Below are positions 1 through 12,031 of a stretch of DNA of 64,000 nt, piece by piece. The notes beneath the pieces were generated by a model. The model ran no database searches. It worked only from the letters and a program-made list of their open reading frames with translations, and was not told the origin of the DNA. The stretch covers positions 18,243 through 82,242 of the forward strand of contig CAVOID010000015.1 in the NCBI GenBank assembly GCA_963695875.1, written 5' to 3'. Origin of the DNA: an uncultured delta proteobacterium (GTDB taxonomy: Bacteria; Desulfobacterota; Syntrophia; Syntrophales; UBA2185). The position numbers and the translations under genes are program-made. Positions within the stretch are counted from its first letter, which is position 1. Each line of letters starts with the position of its first letter.

Positions 1-1015
<1,015 letters not shown>

Positions 1016-1080
1016 CCTTTTTTTCTTGACAACTTAAGAGACTTCTTAGTAAGAGGGCGAACTTTAAAATTGAATCATGG

Positions 1081-1156
1081 GGGCCGTTAGCTCAGGTGGT
1101 AGAGCAGCGGACTTTTAATCCGTTGGTCGGGAGTTCGACTCTCCTACGGCCCACCA
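1081..1156 (+). tRNA. tRNA-Lys (anticodon UUU)
   Basis: Acceptor stem GGGCCGT/ACGGCCC, D arm GCTCAGGTGGTAGAGC, anticodon loop CTTTTAA, T loop TTCGACT, encoded CCA, 76 nt. Confidence 0.96.
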
Positions 1157-1163
1157 AAAGAAA

Positions 1164-1337
1164 TCAAGGTGCTACGAGTTGTAAACCACCTTTTAAACCG
1201 CCAAGTCTGCCAAGCCCAACAGCATGAGGATTTTTATCGGATGGGATTTCTTCTGCCTTCATTTCTCCTGTAGTTTCTGCTACAATAGACGCGGCCTGTT
1301 GACTTATATCCCGTGGTCTTTTCTTTTTATCTTTCAT
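1164..1337 (-). pseudogene. Truncated small basic KGG-motif protein of a type often carried by IS elements
   Basis: KRPRDISQQAASIV..TGE..KNPHAVGLGRLGGLKGG, then the expected C-terminal helix is lost next to the tRNA. Confidence 0.6.
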
Positions 1338-1382
1338 GGCTAAAGCATAGCATAACCGCTTAAGCATTTCAGGATTTAAGAT

Positions 1383-1402
1383 ATTAAAACTGACCTACTA
1401 CC
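1383..1402 (-). mobile_element. Possible IS1-family-like terminal inverted repeat remnant
   Basis: Minus strand reads GGTAGTAGGTCAGTTTTAAT directly upstream of the KGG-protein remnant. No partner end or transposase seen; the resemblance is from memory. Confidence 0.4.
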
Positions 1403-1494
1403 AATCTTTCTGTTCATTATCTATTAATTAGTGTATAATTATTAACAAGATCGATCTTCTTTATATTTCACCCATAATCAGAGGCCACTATGGG

Positions 1495-2883
1495 ATGAAA
1501 GTAAAATCTAGAACAAAACAGACGAATACAACAGATAAGCAAGCTGCCGCAACGCTTCTCTGGAAGTATGGAGTATTCCAGGAGCTGGCAGATAATATCA
1601 GTGATGGCGTTTACTGCATCAACACTAACGGATATTTTACCTTTGTAAACAAAGCAATCACAGAACGATCTGGTATGCCGCCGGATAAATTCTACAAATC
1701 CCACTTCCTCGATATCGTTCATCCCTCATATCGTGATCAGGCCGTACAGAACTTCCGGAGAGTTATGAATGGTGAGAACGGTATAGTGTATGAGTTGAGA
1801 TATGAAAGTGCCGATGGACAAGCAATGATCGTGCAAGTGCATTCACAACCGATCCGTAGCGACGGTAAGGTAATTGGCATGCTGGGTATTTCGCGAAACA
1901 TCACCGAGCAGAAGCAAGCAGAAGAGTTGTTGCATAAAGCCGAAGCCCGTTACCATGCCATTGTTGAGGACCAGGAGGAGATGATCTGCCGTTTTCTTCC
2001 CGACAGCACGCTGACCTTTGTCAATAGTGCATACTGTCATTATTTCGGCAAGAGCCGGGATGAGTTACTCGGGAAGAAGTTTCTGTCCCTTATTCCGGGG
2101 AGGGAACGGAAGATGGCGGCGGAGAGGATTGCCGCATTAAGTCCAGAAAGACCGACAGACATGCATGAACAGCAGGCAATTGCCGCTGGTGGTGAGGTCC
2201 GCTGGCAGCAGTGGGTGAACAGGGCGCTGTTCGATAAACAGGGGAATCTCACAGAACTTCAGGCAGTGGGGCGCGACATCACCATGCGCAAGCTGGCTGA
2301 GGATGCCATCAAAGCATCCGAGATGAATCTGTCAAGGCTGGTCAAGGAGCGGACGGAGGAGCTCTCGAAGCGAAATATGCAACTGGAGGCAGAGATCAGA
2401 GATCGGAAACGTGTCGAGGAAACATTGAGGAAAAGAGGCCGGGAACTTAACCGCCAAGCACGCAAGCTGGAAGAACTGAATGCCGCCCTTAAAGTTCTCC
2501 TGAAGCAGCGGGAGGAAGACAGGACAGAACTGGAAGGTAAGGTGGTGTCGAATGTCAAGGAGCTTCTTCTCCCCTACGTGGAGCAAATGAAGGAGAGGAA
2601 GCTGGATTCCACGAGCAAGGTCTTTCTAAATGTTTTTGAGTCAAACTTGAAAAGCATCATCTCGTCCTTCCCCCAGAGGTTAACTTCGAAGCAATCAGGC
2701 CTTACCCCACGGGAGGTACAGGTTGCCGATCTCATCCGTCAAGGAAAGTCTACCAAGGATATCGCACGGTTTATAAGAATCTCCACGAGTGCTGTCAGTT
2801 TACATCGTTATCACATCAGGGAAAAATTGGGAATCATTGACCAGAAGATTAACCTCCGAACCCACCTGCAATCCCTATCATAA
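1495..2883 (+). CDS. PAS-PAS/coiled-coil/LuxR-HTH transcriptional regulator
   Basis: Two PAS/PAC units ending RNITEQK and RDITMRK; C-terminal LTPREVQVADLIRQGKSTKDIA..HRYHIREKLG. Confidence 0.92.
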   Translation: MKVKSRTKQTNTTDKQAAATLLWKYGVFQELADNISDGVYCINTNGYFTFVNKAITERSGMPPDKFYKSHFLDIVHPSYRDQAVQNFRRVMNGENGIVYELRYESADGQAMIVQVHSQPIRSDGKVIGMLGISRNITEQKQAEELLHKAEARYHAIVEDQEEMICRFLPDSTLTFVNSAYCHYFGKSRDELLGKKFLSLIPGRERKMAAERIAALSPERPTDMHEQQAIAAGGEVRWQQWVNRALFDKQGNLTELQAVGRDITMRKLAEDAIKASEMNLSRLVKERTEELSKRNMQLEAEIRDRKRVEETLRKRGRELNRQARKLEELNAALKVLLKQREEDRTELEGKVVSNVKELLLPYVEQMKERKLDSTSKVFLNVFESNLKSIISSFPQRLTSKQSGLTPREVQVADLIRQGKSTKDIARFIRISTSAVSLHRYHIREKLGIIDQKINLRTHLQSLS

Positions 2884-3189
2884 CAGTAATTTTATCTTAC
2901 TATTATTTTACTAAATATTTAATAATAATATAACTTCCATTAGACCTTGGAACGTGTATAACAATATAGTCAGAATATGTGCTTTGCAATATTTTAGATG
3001 ATAAAAGTGTGACTTTCTCAACCCTAACGCGGCGGTGTTAGCGGCCCAAGTTCAGTGTTTTTTAATCCATTCAAGAAGGCAATCCATAAAGAGGAAATAC
3101 ATAATAATAGATATCTAATATTATAAATGGGCTTGAAAATATTCAGGAGGGACATAAGATGAAAACGATGTGCAAAGTAGCGATAATAG
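2788..3189 (+). repeat. Copy 1 of a ~400-bp module (luxR 3' end, intergenic region, RBS and start); inverted partner at 23369-23776
   Basis: Manual alignment is colinear throughout; 3018-3071 is identical to the reverse complement of 23493-23546. Confidence 0.9.
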
Positions 3190-5537
3190 CGATTTGCCTG
3201 TTAATCGCGCAGACGGTTCTCATGGCTGGTCCGGAGCAGGCAGGGGCCCAGATACCCAACTGCACAGTCACATCCGCTAATGGTACATATACCGCGTCTC
3301 CAATCGGGTGTAAAGTTTATGCGGCTTCTGCGTCTGGTGTACCGGCTGGGCTTATAACGACAGCGACAACTGCGCAGCGAATCTATCCTGGATCCGGTAA
3401 CGATTTTACATTATTCTTTTCAGATAACGCAAAAGGTAACGGAATAACTTATAATTTAAACCCTGCCCCAACTCTTTATCAAACTTCTAAAGCTATAACA
3501 AATTATGCGTATACCACCTTGAACAGTAGTCTTAACACAACTAAGATGTATGATAACTGGGGGACAACAATTATTCCAACCGGCAAATACCTGCAAGCAA
3601 ACCCCATCAATAATGAGTCCACGGGAATAATTCAGGTTGCGGGAAAAATAGTTAACCCTGTGAAAAATGGAGGGACGATGAAGGTCGGTGGTGAACCCGA
3701 CGGAGTGATAATCGATGGCTCCCTGACGAACCAGCTGGTTTTCCCCAGGCCCTTCGCGATGGGTTATTTTCACTCTCTCGGGCTGAAATCGGACGGCACG
3801 GTCTGGGCATGGGGTGACAATTCTTTCGGTCAGCTCGGGAACGGGACTTACACGGGCAGCAGTTCTCCCGTACAGGTGAAGGACCCGAGGAACGAGACGG
3901 GCGCGACGCCCCTGACGGGAATCGTATCTGTTTCGGCGGGTGAATTTCACTCTCTCGCGCTGAAATCGGACGGGACGGTCTGGGCTTGGGGTGACAATAC
4001 TTACGGTCAGCTCGGGCACCCAATGGACTCCACCCTCAGCAATGTTCCCGTGCAGGTATTGGACCCGACGGACCCGTCGGGCATGACGCCCCTGACCGGA
4101 ATCGCGTCTGTTTCAGCGGGTTTTTGGCACTCTCTCGCGCTGAAATCGGACGGGACGGTCTGGGCTTGGGGTTATGATGGTGACGGTCGAGCTCGGGACC
4201 GGCTATAACGGGGACAGTCTCTTTCTTCCCGTGCAGGTGGTGGACCCGACGGACCTGACGACTCACCTGACGGGAATTGTGTCTGTTTCAGCGGGTTTTT
4301 CGCACTCTCTCGCGCTGAAATCGGACGGGACCGTCCGGGCATGGGGGGCGAACTCTTGGGGTGCGCTCGGGAACGGAACTAACACGGACAGTTATGTTCC
4401 CACGCTGGGTCGTTAGGGGCCTGACGGAAATCGTGTCCGTAGAGGGGGGTGCAACCCACTCTCTCGCGGTGAAATCGGACGGGACGGTCTGGGCATGGGG
4501 TGACAATTTAAACGGTCAGCTCGGGAACGGAACTACGACGGACAGCTGGGTTCCCGTGCAGGTGTCGGGGCTGACGGAAATCGTGTCCGTCTCGGCGGCG
4601 AGTTGGCACTCTCTCGCGGTGAAATCGGACGGGACGGTCTGGGCACTGGGGTGACAATTATTACGGTACGCTCGGGAACGGGACTAGCGGACCTCTTACG
4701 GACAGCAATGTTCCCGTGCAGGTGTCGAGCCTGACGGGAATCGTGTCCGTTTCATCGGGTGCAAACGACTCTCTCGCGCTGAAATCGGACGGGACGGCCT
4801 GGGCTTGGGGTTATAATGGTGACGGTGAGCTCGGGAACGGGACAACCTCTGACAGTTATGTTCCCACGCCGGTGTCGGACCCTCCAGAATGGGGTATGTC
4901 ACCGGGTACCTTGTCGTTCGATATTGGGGGCACTACTCCATGCCCGTGTGGCCAAAGCTGCGGTCCGGGGTTTTACAGTCAGCTTTGTGTAACTGGCACA
5001 GTAACGCTTGATGGTGCAACAGTGATCTTGAACTTCATTGACGGCTTCACACCGCAACAGGCTGGTAATACTATCTTCCATATAATTTCTGCAGCCGGCC
5101 AAGTGATCGGCACGCCCCTTCAAGTGCTGCAAGTAGTAAATGGGGAAATAACGCCTTACACCGGTAGTGTTGTCTTCGATCAAAATGCTACGGGCACGAC
5201 GTTACTCAATGCCATTGTGACTTTGCAAAACCAGATAAGAGATTTAGATGTCAGTGTGTTCAAAAAACGCGACATTACGAAAACTCTCCTACTGACGGAG
5301 TTAGACGTGGTTATGGCCACAATTAACGAGGGCATCAAACATCCCAAATACAGCAAATTTTTCTTTGGGGTTGCCCTTGCTGAGCTCCAACTTGTAATCT
5401 TGCCCGAAACCAACGGTTGTGAAAAACCGCGGGCAACGCGTCCTGATGGCGATGACTTGATAGTTAATTGTACGGCTCAGGGCCTGGTTTATCCTCTCGT
5501 TTTGAACGCGATAGATGTCCTGAGACATTTATTATGA
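3159..5537 (+). CDS. Secreted RCC1-repeat beta-propeller protein, split by several frameshifts
   Basis: Signal peptide; about 7 repeats [21 protein letters not shown] across ORFs 3159-4208, 4174-4416, 4361-4654 and 4716-5537; RBS AGGAGG. Confidence 0.85.
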
Positions 5538-5664
5538 TTCGGTAAATCTGCATTGGTTTCTTTGGAGGCTTTGTATTTGTCTCCGAAGTTTGACTTTTGG
5601 GTTTTGTGGGATCTATTGACTCTCAAAAAATATTTTTAACATTTATTGCAAGGAGGGAATTACC

Positions 5665-6496
5665 ATGGGAAACTTTACCAGATTGATAACGTTGATTTTC
5701 GTCTTGTCAGTTTTAATGGTTACCCCAACATTGGGTGCATCAGCGCCGGTGATATACGATGTAAAATCAGATTACAATGCCATGACCCTCACTGTGATCG
5801 GGCAGAACCTTGGAAGCACATCTGGCACCGTAACACTCGGAGGTACCCCGCTTACCGTCAATAGTTGGTCTCCAAGTGCAATCGTTGCGCAGATTCCCCA
5901 AGGAACTAGCCCTGGAAGTTATTCATTGGTTGTTACAGGACCAAGAAGGGGTGATCTTAGCGCAACGGCCGAAGTAACTATAGGGGAATTGAACATCCAA
6001 GGCACATATTCCTTCACGGGTCAGGCCTCCGGTCTCAGTCTCGCACGGCGATTTCAACTCAGCTCTCTGATTCCGATAGTCAACGGGTACGTATGTTTCT
6101 GTAACGTGCAGCATGACAGGGCGTTGCGACCTTCAGTAGTGACAGGCACGGGAACTTTGTCGGGTCAGGGGTATCCACCACCATTGGCCCGTTCTATGTA
6201 TTTGGGAATTCTTGGTGATTCGGGTTCGACAAATTATACTGAACAATTCACATACACCGTCGGAACTGACGGCATCATTACTATACCGGGTAGCCTCGCG
6301 CACGGGGACATATCTCACGGGGCCCCGTACCGACCATACGTGGGTGGAATACCCGATCATTCTCACAGGTATGATCTCGATGGATAGAAATAGCATAACG
6401 CTCAGCAGCCCCGATCCGCCAGTGATCACGACGTTCACAGACATACTTCTAATGGGACCGACCATCGCATCTGTCATCGATCGCGCGTCATGTTAG
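5665..6496 (+). CDS. Exported IPT/TIG (Ig-like) domain protein, frameshifted 3' half
   Basis: Signal peptide; TLTVIGQNLG..GTVTLGGTPLTVNSWSPSAIVAQIP..PGSYSLVV; 3' end uncertain. Confidence 0.65.
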
Positions 6497-6764
6497 GACG
6501 CCAGTAGAACAAGGAGCAATGGGAACCTGATCGGGATTGCGATCACCGATAAAGTGTTCCTGAACCGTCAACCGTGCTTTTTTTGGTTTCGGTTTAATGT
6601 CGGGTTGAGTAGGGATCAGAAGAAAGTATAAGAAGTAATGTTGGCAGACGTCAAAAGAAAGTGTAGAAAGTTAGAATAATTCATTGTGTCGGAATGGCCC
6701 CCATGAGCTTTTTTGTTTTCGTGGGGGAAATTTTCACTATCAATATTTGAGAGGTCGGAAAAAA

Positions 6765-9700
6765 ATGGCGACACAACGACATCACTCGTGCCTTGTATCT
6801 TTGATCACGGTTTTCCTTGTTTGCGTCCTTTTTCTGGGTGTGGCCTCCGTTGCGGTTGCGGCGGGGGATGGAGTAAGACTGGACGGCAGCCTCGGTCAGA
6901 CCCCGGGTATTGTGGGCGGGGGCCAAGTAAACGGCACCCCAACTACTTACCTGATTACCGACACCCTGGGAAAGAAAGCCGGCGGCAATCTATTCTACAG
7001 CTTCGGCAGCTTCAACATTTACACGGGAGAGAGTGCCACCTTTCACAGCCCAAATAGCACCAGTTATAACAATATCATCAGTCGCGTGACCGGGGGGAGT
7101 CCGTCCAGCATCGATGGACTCCTCAGGTCGACGATTGAAGGAGCAAATCTCTACCTGATGAACCCGAGCGGCGTCATGTTCGGCCCCAACGCGAGCCTCG
7201 ATGTGAAGGGGAGCTTCCACGTGAGCACGGCGGACTATCTCAAGTTCAGTGACGGGGGTGTTTTTTACGCCGACCCCGCGAAGAGCAGCGTGCTCTCCGT
7301 GGCGGAACCGCAGGCATTCGGGTTCCTCAGCGCAAATCCGGCCGCCATTTCCCTGGACCGATCGGTCCTCACGGTACCGGACGGGCAGACACTATCGATT
7401 ATTGGGGGAGATATTAACGTTCAAAATGATCCCACATCTCCTACATATTATGGAGCGACATATTATACTCTCTCCGCACCGGGGGGGAGGATAAACCTCG
7501 TCAGCGTCGCCTCACCGGGTGAAGTCAACCTGAGCACACTGGATATTGGTTCTTTTACAAAACTGGGGAATATCACATTCTCAAACGGAGCCAATGTGAA
7601 CGTTTCCAGCAGCGATGGAACGACACCAGCAGGATCCGTCGTCATAAGGGGTGGCCAAATCCTCTTTCAAGGTTCCGCTATCGATGCGACGGGAAACCCG
7701 GGTGGCTCGATCGATATTAAGGGAGAGACCCTTCAACTGGATAATTCTTCTTTCAATATATCCACCTATGGCGATGCGGATCACCCCGGAACGGCATGTC
7801 AGATCGAGCTTTCCGGTGATTTTATCATGAAGAATGATTCGTGGATTGACTCTGAGAGCTTTGGTACGGGGCGCGGGGGAGACATACGCATCAATGCAGG
7901 CAATGTCATGCTGGGGGATGACTCTCCCGGCAGCGGTCCATTAGCCGCCTTTGGCAATTACGGTTTTATCCAGTCGGGCTACTTTGCTTCGTCAGGTCCG
8001 GTGGTATCATATCCATTATTTCAGCCGGCGACGTGGTTGTGAAGAATGGTTTCTATATCGCCGCAATGACAGCCGGTGAAGGGAATGCCGGCAATATTAC
8101 CATCCAAGCCGGCAACAATTTCGTCATGAAAAACGAGTCTTACATCGATTCCTCGACTTGGGGCACAGGGCGCGGAGGATACATACAAATAACTGCGAGG
8201 AATATAACGCTCGGCGATGATGCCCCCGGAATACCACTCTTGGATACTTTCGATCCCTTTAACCCTTACGGCAGCATCCGTTCGTGGTCTAATCCATCAT
8301 CAGGCCCAAGCGGTGATATATCTATTACAGCAGGTAATCTCATAGTTAAGAACGGTTTTTATATCGGCACCGCGGCGCTGAATCAGGCGAATGCGGGCAA
8401 TGTCACGGTTCGCGCTGATACTATAAAGTTTCTGGATCAGGGAAACATATTCTCGAATGCTTTCGCGTCAGGGACAGGGGGTAATGTCGATGTGTCGGCC
8501 CGTGATATCCTGATTTCCGCCACGAATGAAGCAGCAGTGACAAATAGTCAATATATTACCGGCATAGGTGCGCAAACCGGTGGCACCTCTAACGGTGGTA
8601 AAATAACAGTAAACACGGACAGCCTGCAGCTCCTCGACGGAGGACAGATAAGCACGGTCCTTCTCGGTTCGGGCCGTGGAGCGGACATTGAGATTACGGC
8701 GAAGAATATCCTGATTTCGGGATTTGTTCTTGATCCTGCCTTATCCCCCGTGCCGTATGGATTATCAGGGATAGATGCGCGTGTGGTTGGCGCGGCGACA
8801 ACCGGTGGTATCGGAGGGAACATTGCCGTCACCGCAGGCAATCTGAACATAGCGAATGGAGGGGTTATCCGTACGAACCTCTTTGAAGATGCCCCTGGCA
8901 CAGCCGGCAATATCACCGTCAATGCGGGAGCAATAAATATCAGCAGCGGCGGCCAGATCTATGCGGATTCCTTCCGGGGAACAGGCGATTCGGGAGACCT
9001 TAATATTACCGCAAACAGCATGAGCATCTCCGGCTTCGGGGGTTCGCAGGCTCCCTATCCCGTTCCCGACTTTACGGGACTTTCGACCAAAACGAATGCA
9101 GGGAAAGGCGGCACGATTAATTTAACCCTCACTGGCGATCTCTCGATAACAAACAAAGGATCGATCAGCGCCGATACGCAGGGGACAGGTTCAGGCGGTG
9201 CCATCAATATACGCGCGCAAAATGTGATGCTTACCGATCAGAGCATTATCAGCAGTTCAAGCTCCGGGACAGGGCCAGGCGGAGTGGTTAATATATCGAC
9301 TGTCGGTGATCTCTCTGCAACAAACTACGGAACGATCAGTGCCGCTGCAAGCGGGGACGGTGTGGGCGGTGACATAAATATCAAGGCGCAAAACTTACGC
9401 CTCACCGATCAGGGCACTATCAGTAGTTCCAGCTCCGGAATCGGCAACGCCGGAAATGTAAATATCACCGCCGCTGATTCTATACTGCTGAGAAACAGCT
9501 CCATTACCACAGAAGCCATGAAAGCGGACGGGGGTAACATCCAGATAAGCGCCTCATTCGAGGTGAGCCTCTTTGACAGTAAGATCACAGCGAGTGTGGG
9601 CGGAGGACCTCAGACAACCGGAGGAAACATCACCATTGACCCACAGTTTGTCATTTTGAAAAACAGCCAGATTATCGCCAATGCCTTTGAAGGCAGAGGA

Positions 9701-9985
9701 GGCAACATACTGATCAATACAGGTGTATTCCTTGCAGATCCGGATAGTGTAGTGGATGCTTCGTCCGCCCTGGGCATTAATGGCACGGTTGATATTCGAG
9801 CGCCCATCACCAATGTCAGCGGGCTTTTGAATCCATTATCCGCTGATTTTGTCAGCGCTACGGCACTGCTTCGAGAGCGATGCATTGCCAGGATCCAGGG
9901 GGGCAAATACAGTAGTTTCGTAGTAGGCAGTCGTGATGGGCTACCCATTGAACCGGGCAATCTCATGCCTGGATTTCTGCACTAA
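6765..9985 (+). CDS. TpsA/filamentous-haemagglutinin-family beta-helical exoprotein (one frameshift near 8000-8040)
   Basis: TPS domain NLFYSFGSFNI..NIISRVTGG..NLYLMNPSGVMFGPNASLDVKGSF; repeated G.GG.I.I.A coils; C-terminal ERC..SSFVVGSRDGLP. Confidence 0.9.
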
Positions 9986-10056
9986 TTGCTCCCGGCTATT
10001 TAAATCAATAAAACCAATAGCTGGGGAATCAGTACCGATAATCAAGATAAAAGGTT

Positions 10057-10111
10057 TGAATCCGGCAGCGAGCGTATTCCCCGTAGCTTGCTGCGGGGTA
10101 AGCGAGCGAAT
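10057..10111 (+). repeat. Miniature palindromic element with AGC-TT-GCT hairpin core, left-end copy
   Basis: 49/55 identical to the reverse complement of 52620-52674. Confidence 0.8.
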
Positions 10112-10182
10112 GGGGAACATCATTATAGTCTCAAGAAGTCAGCATCCGACATTAGAATTATACCGGCTAGGGGATAACTACT

Positions 10183-11997
10183 ATGAAGGCAGAGAGTTTG
10201 CTTCGCCATTGGATAAAGAAAGTCCCACTTCCTGAGATGATCAGAGATCTTTGGCATCACAGCTCACGGGGTACTTACTTCGCATTGCGCACCTTCCTGG
10301 TCTTTCTGGTATTGATCTCTCTTATCACTTCTGCTTATGGCCAGGTGCTGCCCCGTCTCGATCCCACAGGCCGATCAGGAGATAGGCGTCCCGAGCCTCT
10401 TGAGGAAGAACTCCTAACCCCTCCTCCGACGGTGACGCTTCCTGCTCCACCTGGTCCCGCGAAGGAACAGGCGGTACCGCTTCTCAAGAGTGTATTTGTA
10501 CGTAAGATAGTTGTAACGGGAAGCACAGTCTTCAAGGCAGACGAGATCGCCAGGGTCACCGCTCCTTATGAAAACCGGAATGTGACAATGGAAGATCTGG
10601 AGTCTCTTCGCCGGGCTTTGACACTCCTATATGTGAACAAGGGTTATATTAATTCCGGCGCCATCATTCCGGATCAGAAGGTGGTTGATGGTGTGATTAC
10701 CTTTCAGATTATTGAAGGTAAGCTCACGCACATAGACGTGGAGGGGAACAAGTGGTTTGGTGAGGCTTTTCTCAGGGATAGGATAGCTCTGGGCGCAGGA
10801 GCTCCCGTCAATATCAGTCCTTTGCAGAACCGTTTACAGATACTGCAGCAGGATCAGAGGATACAGCGTATTCATGCGGAGCTGAGACCCGGCGCCACAC
10901 CCGGAGAGAGTGAGTTGAAGGTGAAGGTAGAGGAAAAACCACCATTTTATGCATGGCTCGCATTTAACAACTACCAGCCACCGTCGGTTGGTGCTGAAAG
11001 GGGACTCCTCACACTTGCTCACCAGAACCTTACCGGCCATGGAGATATCCTGAGTTTAACATACGGACGTTCGGAAGGTCTCAGTCCCCAGCTTGACACC
11101 TGGTATGCGATCCCCATCAATGTTTACGATACAACACTGCTTTTAAGATACAGGATAAACGACTTTGACGTTGTTGACAAGGAGTTTGGACCACTGGACA
11201 TTTCGAGTAAATCGGAAATCTATGAACTTACCCTGCGTCAGCCTATCTACCGGACACTCAACCAGGAATTCGCCCTCGCCCTTACGTTAGAGCATGAGTA
11301 CAACAAGACCTATCTGTCCGGAGAACCTTTTTCATTTGCTCCGGGAGTGCAAGATGGGCGCGAGGTAGTGATTCCAGTGCGGTTTTCACAGGAATGGACA
11401 TACCGTACGCAGCGGCAGGTCATCGCGGCACGATCCCGTTTCTCCTATGGTCTGCACACTGAGGATACGACAATAAATAATAATAAAGACGTCCCGGACG
11501 GAAGATTTTTTGCGTGGCTGGGACAGTTTCAATGGGCTCGAATCCTGGGATTCTGGGATACGCAGTTGCTCTTCCGGGCAGATATACAGCGTTCCAATGA
11601 TTCTCTTCTACCCCTCGAGCAGATTACCATCGGCGGGAGATACAGCGTAAGGGGCTATAGGGAGAACTTGCTGGTCCTTGATCAAGCCTTTATTGCCTCC
11701 CTGGAAGCCCGGATCCCCATTATACAGAATAAGCGCTGGGCGGACTATATTCAATTGTGCCCTTTTTATGATTACGGCAGGGGGACAAACAAGGATTTTC
11801 CAACCCCCGATCCGGTAGATATTTCCAGCGTCGGCCTGGGCCTCAGGTGGGCTGCACCCTTGATAAAATCACCTTTTGAGCTGAGGTCCGAACTTGAAGT
11901 ATACTGGGGGTATGCCCTGAGAAAGATCGATCTGCCGTATGACGATCCCCAGGATGCCGGGATTCACTTTCAAATCGCCATCACAGGTTTCTTCTAA
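10183..11997 (+). CDS. TpsB (ShlB/FhaC/HecB family) outer-membrane transporter
   Basis: POTRA LYVNKGYINS; loop-6 motif IGGRYSVRGY; C-terminal Phe; follows tpsA. The true start may be 10237. Confidence 0.92.
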   Translation: MKAESLLRHWIKKVPLPEMIRDLWHHSSRGTYFALRTFLVFLVLISLITSAYGQVLPRLDPTGRSGDRRPEPLEEELLTPPPTVTLPAPPGPAKEQAVPLLKSVFVRKIVVTGSTVFKADEIARVTAPYENRNVTMEDLESLRRALTLLYVNKGYINSGAIIPDQKVVDGVITFQIIEGKLTHIDVEGNKWFGEAFLRDRIALGAGAPVNISPLQNRLQILQQDQRIQRIHAELRPGATPGESELKVKVEEKPPFYAWLAFNNYQPPSVGAERGLLTLAHQNLTGHGDILSLTYGRSEGLSPQLDTWYAIPINVYDTTLLLRYRINDFDVVDKEFGPLDISSKSEIYELTLRQPIYRTLNQEFALALTLEHEYNKTYLSGEPFSFAPGVQDGREVVIPVRFSQEWTYRTQRQVIAARSRFSYGLHTEDTTINNNKDVPDGRFFAWLGQFQWARILGFWDTQLLFRADIQRSNDSLLPLEQITIGGRYSVRGYRENLLVLDQAFIASLEARIPIIQNKRWADYIQLCPFYDYGRGTNKDFPTPDPVDISSVGLGLRWAAPLIKSPFELRSELEVYWGYALRKIDLPYDDPQDAGIHFQIAITGFF

Positions 11998-12031
11998 GCA
12001 GGAGAATGAAATCTGAATTAGGGGAATTGTT

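Noticed and set aside
1130..1156. attL/attR duplication of the tRNA 3' end
   Set aside because: No second copy was found by eye and no integrase is in the window
4414..4416. TAG in the RCC1 gene as pyrrolysine or programmed read-through
   Set aside because: The repeat continues in a different frame, so a local indel explains it
3760..4870. Regularly spaced near-identical DNA repeats (CACTCTCTCGCG.TGAAATCGGACGGGACGGTCTGGGC) as a CRISPR array
   Set aside because: They are coding RCC1 repeats; the intervening sequences are homologous to each other and no cas genes are present
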